Shown: positions 1 through 9,725 of the stretch, piece after piece
Layout of the letters: the number at the start of each line of letters is the position of its first letter
How positions within the stretch are numbered: position 1 is the stretch's first letter
From: an uncultured Acidimicrobiaceae bacterium
GTDB lineage: Bacteria > Actinomycetota > Acidimicrobiia > Acidimicrobiales > CAIXPF01
Length of the DNA stretch: 64,000 bases
Assembly: GCA_964453335.1 (NCBI GenBank)
Contig: CAYVOK010000009.1
Coordinates: 15,099-79,098 of the forward strand
Direction: 5' to 3'
Position numbers and translations under genes: made by a program
The notes under the pieces: generated by a model
What the model was told of the DNA's origin: nothing
Databases searched by the model: none
The model's input: only the letters and a program-made list of their open reading frames with translations

Positions 1-75
1 CCCTGATGGTCTTCAAGCCCGGCACCTAGGATCCGCCCCGGCGGGCCGATCGGCCCGGGGGGAGAGGTACCGGCC

Positions 76-1017
76 GTGCAGGACGTCCACATCGGCGTGA
101 CCGTGCCGCAGATCAAGCGGTCGTGGCAGGAGAGCCGGACTGCGGCGACCGAGTTCGAGGCGATGGGCTTCGACTCGCTGTGGGTCTGCGACCACCTCTA
201 CGGGCCGCAGTCGCCGACGATCCCGATCCTCGAGGCGTGGTCGCTCCTCGCCGGTCTCGCCGCGGTCACCGACCGGGTCGAGCTCGGCACCCTCGTCACC
301 CCGACCGGGATGCGGAACCCGGCGCATCTCGGCAAGGTCGTCGCGACCGTCGACGCGATCGCCGGTGGACGCGTCGTCCCCGGGTTCGGTGCAGGGTGGA
401 TGGCCCGGGAGCACACCGACTTCGGCATGCCCTTCCTGCCCACCGCGGCGCGCATGGACCAGCTCGCCGAGACCGTCGACCTGCTCCGTGCGATGTGGGA
501 CCCCGCCGTCGACGCCACCACCTACCACGGCACCTACGTGCACGCCGACGACGTCGTCTGCCTCCCCAAGCCGCCCCGCCGCCCGCCGATCCTCATCGGC
601 GGTGCGGGGGAGAAGCGCACCATCCCGCTCGCCGCCCGTCTCGCCGACATCTGGAACAACCTCGCCGGGACCCAGGCCGACCTGCCCCACAAGATCGACC
701 GCCTGCGCGACGAGATGGGACGAATCGGCCGTGATCCGGCCGAGGTCACCATCAGCCAGCAGTGCCTGGTGATCATCGCCGAGGACGACGCCGCAGCGGA
801 GACCGCGATCGGTCAGGCGGAGAAGATCTTCGGCGGCCACCTCGGCGACCCGCGGGGCGACCTCGCCATCGCCGGTTCGCCGGAACGGGTCGTCGAGCAG
901 ATCCGTCGACACGTCGAACTCGGCTGCACGATGTTCATCGCCGAGTTCTTCGGCCGTGAGACCATCACGCCGGCCCGGCTCTTCGCAGAGCGGGTGCTCC
1001 CCGAACTGAAGGGCTGA
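76..1017 (+). CDS. LLM-class (luciferase-like) F420/flavin-dependent oxidoreductase
   Basis: 313-aa ORF with GTG start at 76 preceded by GGAGAGG. 'FDSLWVCDHLYG', 'GTLVTPTGMRNPAHLGK' and 'GFGAGW' are typical of the luciferase-like TIM-barrel family. Confidence 0.8.
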   Translation: MQDVHIGVTVPQIKRSWQESRTAATEFEAMGFDSLWVCDHLYGPQSPTIPILEAWSLLAGLAAVTDRVELGTLVTPTGMRNPAHLGKVVATVDAIAGGRVVPGFGAGWMAREHTDFGMPFLPTAARMDQLAETVDLLRAMWDPAVDATTYHGTYVHADDVVCLPKPPRRPPILIGGAGEKRTIPLAARLADIWNNLAGTQADLPHKIDRLRDEMGRIGRDPAEVTISQQCLVIIAEDDAAAETAIGQAEKIFGGHLGDPRGDLAIAGSPERVVEQIRRHVELGCTMFIAEFFGRETITPARLFAERVLPELKG

Positions 1018-1026
1018 GCGGGCCGG

Positions 1027-2911
<1,885 letters not shown>

Positions 2912-2927
<16 letters not shown>

Positions 2928-4060
2928 GACGCCTCCTCCGCTGCTCGGCGGTACAGGGCGACGAGCCCGTCCGCACACCGCTCCCACGAGAACGTCGCCG
3001 CCCGTCGCCGCCCACGGGCGACGAGGTCGGCTCGACGATCGGCGTCGTCGCACACCTGCGCCAACGCGTCGGCGAGGGCGTCGACGTCGCCCACGGGCAC
3101 GATCGCCGCCGCGTCGCCGACGACCTCGGGCAACGACCCGGCGTCGGTGCACACCACGGGGACCCCGGCAGCCATGGCCTCGAGCGGCACGAACCCGAAC
3201 CCCTCGTACCGCGACGGGTAGGCGACCGCCGTCGCGCCGGCGAGGAGGTCGGCGCGTGCGCGGTCGTCGACCCAGCCGAGCCGGTGGACCCGGTCCCGGT
3301 TCGGCGAGGCGGCGATCGCCCGGTCGAGCGCGTCGGCCCCCCATCCGTCGGGCCCGGCGATCACGAGCCGGAGGTCGTCGAGGTCGGGTGCGATCCGGTC
3401 GAACGCCGCCACGAGGCCCGGCAGGTCCTTGCGCGGTTCGACCGTGCCCACGGCGAGCACGTAGCGACCCTCCGCACGACCGTCCCCGAGGGCGCGGCGT
3501 CGGCCGGCGGCGGGGTCGCCGGCGAGCTGCGGGGCGAGGCCGAGCAGCACCGGGACCACACGGTCGTCGGGCACACCGAGCCAGGACCGCACCTCCTCGG
3601 CGACGAACGTCGAGTCGGTGTGCACGAGGGCCCCACGGTCGACCGCCCGCCGCACCAGCTCCGGGTACTGCAACGTGTCCCGGTTCGCGAGCTCGGGGAA
3701 CCGGACCGGGGTGAGATCGTGCACGGTGACGACCCGACCCGCACGACCGGCGGGCGGGACCACGTAGTTGGTGCCGTGCACGGTGTCCACGGGACCCGTC
3801 CACCACTGCACCGGGGGTGCGTCGACGCGGCGCCACGCCTCCCGCAGGGGTCGGGCCGCCATCGGACGGTCGACCGCCCGGACGCCGACGGGGAGGCGGT
3901 CGGCGAGATCGTGCCGACCGCGCCACGACGCGGCGTAGGCGACCGGCCGCACGTCGTCGCGCTCGCCGAGTGCGGCGAGCAGATGGCGGGCGAAGGTGCC
4001 GATGCCCGTCGGATTTCCGAGGAGCGGCGTCGCGTCGAGCGCGACGCGGAGGGGGGTCAG
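2912..4060 (-). CDS. GT4-family glycosyltransferase (5' end uncertain)
   Basis: 'RVALDATPLLGNPTGIGTF' N-terminus, 'RKDLPGLVAAF' and 'YPSRYEGFGFVPLEAMAAGVPVV' (E-x7-E) are GT4/GT-B motifs. The stop overlaps the rmd start by 16 nt. The track extension up to ATG 4243 has poor GC3. The only in-frame candidate just before the conserved N-terminus is CTG at 4060, so the start is unresolved. Confidence 0.8.
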
Positions 4061-4257
4061 CGCACCCCGCCGCGCACGAGGTGGACGAGACCGCGCTCGA
4101 CGAGCGCACCCACACGGCGGCTCACCTCGGCCGCCGGGCCGAGCCCCGACCGTTCGAGCTCGGCCTCGACGGAGCGCCGGTACGACAACGCCTGCTGCAG
4201 TCCGAGGACCGTGAGTCCGAGGGTCGTCCTCGCTGCGCGACATGCCTGGTCAGCCAC
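4057..4257 (-). CDS. small hypothetical protein, winged-helix-like (66 aa)
   Basis: GTG-started ORF whose frame carries the high GC3 between 4060 and 4257, unlike the GT4 frame there. 'ELERSGLGPAAEVSRRVGALVERGLVHLV' looks like an HTH recognition helix plus wing. Its stop TGA overlaps the putative GT4 start (CTGA). Confidence 0.4.
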   Translation of the reverse strand: MADQACRAARTTLGLTVLGLQQALSYRRSVEAELERSGLGPAAEVSRRVGALVERGLVHLVRGGVR

Positions 4258-4325
4258 ACCGTGAGGCTATCGCCGCCACCGATCGTGACCGACCTCGCCG
4301 ACGGCCCGCTAGCCTCTCCTGCGCC

Positions 4326-7300
4326 GTGACACCCCTCGACGCCGACCTCGGCGGCCTCGGGACGACCGCCGTGGAAGCGACGGTCGACGACGAGGCCGAG
4401 GACGACGAGCAGCCCGACGGGGCGGCTCCATCCGTCGTCGCGCTCGTGGTCGCCCACGACCCCGGTCCGTACTTCGAGGAATTGCTCGTCTCGCTCGCCG
4501 CGCAGGACTACCCGAACCTCGCGGTCCTCGTCGTCGACAACGGCAGCGCCGAGGATCCGACCGAACGGATCGCGACCGTCCTGCCCGGTGCGTTCGTGCG
4601 CCGGCTCGACGGCGCCGTCGGATTCGGCGCCGCCGCGAACGTCGGTGCCCGCATGGTGGAGGGCGCCTCGTTCCTCCTGCTCTGTCATGACGACGTCGCC
4701 CTCGCGCCGAACGCCGTCCGGGTCCTCGTCGAGGAGGCGTTCCGGTCGAACGCCGGAGTCGTCGCCCCGAAGCTCGTCTCGTGGCACCGGCCCGAACTCC
4801 TCGTCGCCGTCGGCATGGGAGCCGACCGGTTCGGTGCGCCGTCGCCGTTGTGCGAGCGCGGCGAACTCGACCAGGAACAGCACGACGCCGTGCGCGACGT
4901 CTTCTACGCACCCGACGCCTGCATGCTCGTCCGCGCCGACCTGTTCTCCGCCGTCGGCGGGTTCGACGAGGAGATCACCTTCCACGGTGGCGACACCGAC
5001 CTGTGCTGGCGGGTGCACCTCGCCGGTGCGCGCGTCATCGCGGCGCCCGGTGCCACCGTCCGCCACGTCGAGGCGATGGGCGGACGTCGGCCCGACGACC
5101 GCCGCCGACTGCAGCAGCGGCACCGCCTGCGCATGGTCCTCACCGACTACCGCTGGTTCCACACCATCGGCATCGGGCTCCAACAGGCGCTGCTCAGCGT
5201 CGCCGAGATCGTCATGGTGCTCGCCCGCGGACGGGTCCGTCACGCCGCCGACGTGGTCGCCGCGTGGGCATGGAACCTGCGCCGACCCGGTTCGCTGCGC
5301 GCCAAACGACGCGTCGTCCGCGGCGCCCGCAACGTGACCGACCTCGAGGTGCGCCGCCTGCAGGCACGGGGATCGGCCCGGGTCACCGCGTATCTGCGGG
5401 GCCAGCTCCGGGCCGCCGACATCGAAGGGGACACGATCACCGAGGCCGGCCTCGAGTGGGCGTCGGAGGTGCGTCGGACGGTCAGCTGGCCGAGCATCGT
5501 GACCGTGACGCTCGTCGGCGCACTGTTCCTGCTCGGCAGCCGGGGGCTGATCGGCGGCCGGGTCCCCGTCGTCGGCGAGTTCGCACCGCTGCCCGACGGT
5601 CCCGTCGAACTGTTCCGGACGTGGTGGTCCGCCTGGCGCGAGGTCGGCGTCGGGTTCGCCGGCGGGGCCCCGATCGGCTTCCTGCTGTTCGCCGTCTCCT
5701 CCGTCGCAGCGTTCGGCTCCACCGGCGTGGTCCGCACCGTCGCCGTGCTCGGTCTCCTGCCCGTCGGCTGGTGGGGGGTTTGGCGGGTTGCGACCCTCGG
5801 CACCCACACCCGCGGCAGGATCGCCGCGCTGCTCGCGTACGCCGTGAACCCGTTGCCCTACGCGGCGCTGGCGTCGGGGAGTTGGCGCGGACTCACCGCC
5901 TACGCCGTGTCCCCGTGGATCCTGTACCGGGTCACGAACCTCGGCGGGATCGTCCCCGTCGATCGTCGCCGCTTCGCCGGCCAGGTCGCCGCGCTCGGCC
6001 TCACCGTCGCCGTTGCCATGGTGCTCCTACCGGCCACCCCGGTGCTCGTCGTCGCGATCGTGGTCGCGCTCGTGCTCGCCGGGATCCTCGGTGGCAGCAT
6101 CGCCGGGCTCGGTCGGCCGTGCGCCGGGACGATCGTCGCCCTTGCCGTCGCGTTCGGGCTGCACGCCAGCTCGCTCGCCACCTCGCTGACGCTCGCCCCC
6201 TTCACCGACCCCGACTTCCTGCCTGCGGGGCGGGCCGGCGGGGCGCAGGCGGTCTCCCTCGCCGACCTGGTGCGGTTCGACCCCGACGGTGGCAACGGCG
6301 GTCGGGTCGTACTCGGCCTCCTCGTCGCCGCGCTGCTCGGCCCGGCGATCGGCCGGGCGTGGCGTTGGGGCTGGGCGCTGCGCGGCTGGCTCCTCGTCAC
6401 CGTCCCGCTCGCCGCGGTCGCCGTCGTGCAGGCCGCCGGCCTCGACGTCGATCTCCCGCCGGCCACGGTCGTGCTCGCACCCGTCGCCCTCGGCGTCGCC
6501 GTCGCCGTCGCCACCGGTGTCGCCGGGTTCGACCTCGACCTTCCCGGCTACCGGTTCGGCTGGCGTCAGGGTGCGAGTGTGCTCGCCGCGGCGGGTCTCG
6601 CCCTTGCGACGCTGCCGATGGCCGGACGGGTGCTCGACGGCCGCTGGGGCCTTCCCTCGACCGGGTTCGAGGGCACCCTCACGTTCCTCGACCGGGATGC
6701 GACTGCGGACCGCTCTCGGGTGCTGTGGCTCGGCGTGCCCGAGGTGCTGCCGGTCGCCGGGTGGTCGATCGAACCGGGGCTCGCGTACGGCACCTCGATC
6801 GGGTTCCCCTCGACCGGTGCACTCTGGGCGGGTCCGACGTCGGCCGGTACCGAGGCGATCGCCGACGAACTCCGCGCCGCGCGGGCGGGTGACACCACCC
6901 GGCTCGGTCGGGCCCTGTCGCTCTACGGCATCCGCTACGTGATCGTCGTCGAACGCATCGCCCCCGCACCCTTCGCGGACGAGGTCGTCGAACCGGCCCC
7001 CTGGCTCAGCAAGGCGCTCGGCGACCAGCTCGACCTGCAACAGGTGGAGGCGAACGGGGCGGTCCGGCTGTACCGGAACGTCGCCTGGCGACCGGTCGTC
7101 ACGACGGTCCCGGTGGCCTCCGACGACGCCGCCGACCTGCCGTCGACCGTCGATCTCTCGGGTGCGCCCACGGGCGTCTCCGGTCTCGGGGCCACCGGTG
7201 CGACGCGCTACGAGGGGACGGTCGAGGCCGGCGTCCTGCACCTCGCCGAATCCGGGGACGTCGGCTGGGTGCTCGACGTCGACGGTCGCGACCTCCCCGC

Positions 7301-7523
7301 GACCCGCAGCTTCGGCTGGGGTACCCGGTTCCGGGTGGAGTCCGGTGGCGCGGCGACCCTCGAGTACCGCACCCCGGTGCTCTACCGGGTCCGCCAGGCG
7401 GCGCAGGCGGCCGCGTGGGTGCTCGTCGGGTTCGTCGCCTGGCGGGCGACGCGCCCACCCCGCCCCGAGGACGAACCGACGGAGGACGCCGCGGCGACCG
7501 ACCCGGTGGAGGTGACCCCGTGA
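4326..7523 (+). CDS. GT2 glycosyltransferase fused to a large polytopic membrane domain and a C-terminal extracytoplasmic domain
   Basis: N-terminal GT-A domain: 'VVALVVAHDPGPYFEELLVSLAAQDYPN', 'VVDNGSAED', 'LCHDDVAL', 'GGFDEEITFHGGDTDLCWR'. More than 10 hydrophobic helices follow, then a beta-rich tail and a final TM helix. GTG 4326 is preferred over ATG 4242, which would overlap the divergent small ORF. Confidence 0.85.
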   Translation: MTPLDADLGGLGTTAVEATVDDEAEDDEQPDGAAPSVVALVVAHDPGPYFEELLVSLAAQDYPNLAVLVVDNGSAEDPTERIATVLPGAFVRRLDGAVGFGAAANVGARMVEGASFLLLCHDDVALAPNAVRVLVEEAFRSNAGVVAPKLVSWHRPELLVAVGMGADRFGAPSPLCERGELDQEQHDAVRDVFYAPDACMLVRADLFSAVGGFDEEITFHGGDTDLCWRVHLAGARVIAAPGATVRHVEAMGGRRPDDRRRLQQRHRLRMVLTDYRWFHTIGIGLQQALLSVAEIVMVLARGRVRHAADVVAAWAWNLRRPGSLRAKRRVVRGARNVTDLEVRRLQARGSARVTAYLRGQLRAADIEGDTITEAGLEWASEVRRTVSWPSIVTVTLVGALFLLGSRGLIGGRVPVVGEFAPLPDGPVELFRTWWSAWREVGVGFAGGAPIGFLLFAVSSVAAFGSTGVVRTVAVLGLLPVGWWGVWRVATLGTHTRGRIAALLAYAVNPLPYAALASGSWRGLTAYAVSPWILYRVTNLGGIVPVDRRRFAGQVAALGLTVAVAMVLLPATPVLVVAIVVALVLAGILGGSIAGLGRPCAGTIVALAVAFGLHASSLATSLTLAPFTDPDFLPAGRAGGAQAVSLADLVRFDPDGGNGGRVVLGLLVAALLGPAIGRAWRWGWALRGWLLVTVPLAAVAVVQAAGLDVDLPPATVVLAPVALGVAVAVATGVAGFDLDLPGYRFGWRQGASVLAAAGLALATLPMAGRVLDGRWGLPSTGFEGTLTFLDRDATADRSRVLWLGVPEVLPVAGWSIEPGLAYGTSIGFPSTGALWAGPTSAGTEAIADELRAARAGDTTRLGRALSLYGIRYVIVVERIAPAPFADEVVEPAPWLSKALGDQLDLQQVEANGAVRLYRNVAWRPVVTTVPVASDDAADLPSTVDLSGAPTGVSGLGATGATRYEGTVEAGVLHLAESGDVGWVLDVDGRDLPATRSFGWGTRFRVESGGAATLEYRTPVLYRVRQAAQAAAWVLVGFVAWRATRPPRPEDEPTEDAAATDPVEVTP

Positions 7524-9229
7524 GGCCCCGTCGGTTCCTCGTCGCGTTGCTCGTCGTCGCCGTCGCCGCTGCGGCGGTGCTCGTCGACGCCGCTCCACCC
7601 CGGCGCCCTGCCGACGTCGCCGTCGTCCCTGCGTCGGCGCTCGCCCCCGTCGCCACCGCCGACGACGCCGCGAGCTCGACCTGGTACTGCGTCGCAGGCA
7701 CGGCGTCGAAGGGTGGCGCAGCCGACCACACGGTCGTCGTCGCCAACCCGACGGAACGGACCGCCGAGGGGCGCATGGAGATCTTCCCCGTCGGCGGCGA
7801 CCCGGTCACGGTGCCGTTGCAGGTCGCCGCGGGGTCGCGCGAGTCGATCGCCGTCGGCACGAAGGTCGAGGCCCCCTTCGCCGCAGCGGTCGTCGAGATC
7901 GCTGCCGGTGGTGTGGTCGCCGAGCACGAGGTGCGGGGCAGCGCCGGCTGGGACAGCGGGCGCTGTGCGTCCGCCGCGTCGACACAGTGGTACTTCGCCT
8001 GGGGCCGCACGGCCGGCGCCGCGAACCTCTCGTTCGCCCTGCTCAACCCCTTCCCCGAGGACGCGGTCGTCGACCTGACCTTCGAGACCGAGGAGGGGTT
8101 CGTCGCCCCGACCGCGCTCGAGGGGCTCCTCGTCCCGGCCCGGCGCCTCGTCGTGGTCGACGTCACCGAACAGGTGAGCGTGCGCACCCGCGTGGCCACC
8201 ACGGTGTCGACCCGCGCCGGACGCATCGTGGCCGAACGGATCCAGACGATCGTCGGTGCCGACGGTGTGTCCGCCGTCGACCTCGGTCTCGGCGCCCCTG
8301 CACCGGCGACGGTGTGGAACTTCGCCGAAGGGCGCGCCGACGCGGCGACGGGGGAGCAGTTCTCCGTGTTCAATCCCACCGAGGAACCGGCCGAGGTGGA
8401 GATCGTCGTCGAACGGTCGGGTGCGGGCACCGGCGGTGCACCGGCACCGTTCGAGGTGCGCGTCCCCGCCGGTGGTGCGGCCCAGGTCGTGCTCAACCAG
8501 GAGTCGCGGATCGCCCTGCCGATCCGGCACACGACGACGGCCCGGTCGGTGAACGGCGTCCCCGTCGTCGTGGAACGCATCACGGCCACCGGTTCGATCG
8601 CGAAGGCACTCTTCGGCGACCTCGGGACCGACACCACGATCACGACGTCGACGACCACGTCGACCACCACGTCGACCACCACGGCGCCGACGACCACGAC
8701 GACCGCGCCCGCACCGGGGGCGACGACCGTGCCACCGGCGTCGACGACCACGACCACCACGACCACCACGGTGCCGACGACCACGACGGCGCCCGGTACC
8801 ACGACGACGACCCCGGGCTCGACCACGACACCGGGCGGGCTCGTCGCACTGCCGACTGGGTTCTCGGCGACGCTCGGGTTGCCGGTCGTCGCTGGTCGCT
8901 GGGTGCTCGCGACCGGCGCCCGTGACGGTCTCGTCGACGCGTCGGTCTCCGTGCTGAACGTCACGACGAGCGAACTCGCCCTCACCGTCACCACGTTCGA
9001 CCGGGGCCGTGCCTCGTCGCTCAGCGCACCGGCGCGCATCGGGCCCGGGCGGCGCGTCGAGATCCCGCTCACTCTCCCGAAGGGGACGACCGGGTACCTC
9101 GTCGTGGTCGAGGCGTCCGGCGCCGTCGTCGTCGACCGCCTGCAGCCGTCGCGGACGCCCGCCGAGCTCGCCGTCGAGCCCGCGATCCCCACGCCGGGTG
9201 GCGGTACGCCGCCGGCGGTCGCGTCCTGA
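7520..9229 (+). CDS. exported DUF5719-like protein with Thr-rich linker
   Basis: GTG 7520 overlaps the upstream TGA (GTGA). N-terminal signal/anchor 'RRFLVALLVVAVAAAAVLV'. Two similar beta-rich halves ('STWYCVAG...', 'ATVWNFAEG...'). My recollection is that this family sits next to the giant GT2 gene in actinobacteria. Confidence 0.7.
   Translation: MRPRRFLVALLVVAVAAAAVLVDAAPPRRPADVAVVPASALAPVATADDAASSTWYCVAGTASKGGAADHTVVVANPTERTAEGRMEIFPVGGDPVTVPLQVAAGSRESIAVGTKVEAPFAAAVVEIAAGGVVAEHEVRGSAGWDSGRCASAASTQWYFAWGRTAGAANLSFALLNPFPEDAVVDLTFETEEGFVAPTALEGLLVPARRLVVVDVTEQVSVRTRVATTVSTRAGRIVAERIQTIVGADGVSAVDLGLGAPAPATVWNFAEGRADAATGEQFSVFNPTEEPAEVEIVVERSGAGTGGAPAPFEVRVPAGGAAQVVLNQESRIALPIRHTTTARSVNGVPVVVERITATGSIAKALFGDLGTDTTITTSTTTSTTTSTTTAPTTTTTAPAPGATTVPPASTTTTTTTTTVPTTTTAPGTTTTTPGSTTTPGGLVALPTGFSATLGLPVVAGRWVLATGARDGLVDASVSVLNVTTSELALTVTTFDRGRASSLSAPARIGPGRRVEIPLTLPKGTTGYLVVVEASGAVVVDRLQPSRTPAELAVEPAIPTPGGGTPPAVAS
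8630..8832 (+). repeat. coding low-complexity region (ACS-rich DNA; Thr/Pro/Ser linker of about 65 aa)
   Basis: Translates to 'TDTTITTSTTTSTTTSTTTAPTTTTTAPAPGATTVPPASTTTTTTTTTVPTTTTAPGTTTTTPGSTTTPGG'. The DNA is imperfect acg/acc triplet repeats. Confidence 0.9.
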
Positions 9230-9236
9230 GGTCGGG

Positions 9237-9695
9237 ATGGAGCGGCTCGTCGTCACCGTCGTCCTCGGTCTCCTGACCGTGGCGGTCGTGGTGGCGGTGC
9301 AACGCCGTCGCCGCAGCGCCGCGCCGGTGGAGGTGCGGACGTGGAACGTCCCGGCGCTGCTGCAGCGCGACGACTTCGACCGCCCTGCGGCGCCGTGGCT
9401 CGTCGCCGTGTTCACGTCTGCGACCTGCGACGTGTGCGCCGAGGTGTGGCGACGGGCTTCCGTGCTCGGGACGGAGGACGGTGCCGTCGTCTGCCAGGAG
9501 GTCGAAGCCGTCCGCGATCGTCGGCTGCACGAGCGTTACCGCATCGACGCCGTCCCCCTCGTCCTCATCGCGGACGGGGACGGCACGGTGCAGCGACACT
9601 TCCTCGGCCCGGTGCGGGCACCGGACCTGTGGGGGGCACTCGCAGAGCTCCGCGACCCGGGCAGCGTGCCGCCCGGCTGCGACGCGCACGGCTGA
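9237..9695 (+). CDS. membrane-anchored thioredoxin-fold protein
   Basis: ATG 9237 lies inside the longer track ORF. N-terminal TM 'LVVTVVLGLLTVAVVVAV', CxxC motif 'TSATCDVCAEVW', and a cis-Pro-like 'AVPLVLI'. Confidence 0.65.
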   Translation: MERLVVTVVLGLLTVAVVVAVQRRRRSAAPVEVRTWNVPALLQRDDFDRPAAPWLVAVFTSATCDVCAEVWRRASVLGTEDGAVVCQEVEAVRDRRLHERYRIDAVPLVLIADGDGTVQRHFLGPVRAPDLWGALAELRDPGSVPPGCDAHG

Positions 9696-9725
9696 ACCGG
9701 GCGAGCTACCCCGGAGCGGCGCCGC

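Noticed and set aside
1-29. Possible 3' end of an upstream + strand gene ('...LMVFKPGT*', stop TAG at 27-29).
   Set aside because: Only 8 codons are visible, which is too short to support a call.
4061-4243. N-terminal extension of the GT4 gene up to ATG 4243, as in the track ORF 2912-4243.
   Set aside because: Third-position G/C drops sharply in this frame upstream of 4060 and the peptide is Arg-rich junk. Another frame (4057-4257) carries the coding signal. The extension would also collide with the divergent GT2 gene region.
8630-8832. Repetitive DNA considered as a possible CRISPR array or minisatellite. The same check was made for 46097-46144.
   Set aside because: The repeats are 3-nt and 12-nt in-frame units inside clearly coding sequence (Thr-rich and AAPP linkers). 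There are no unique spacers of CRISPR size and no cas genes in the window.
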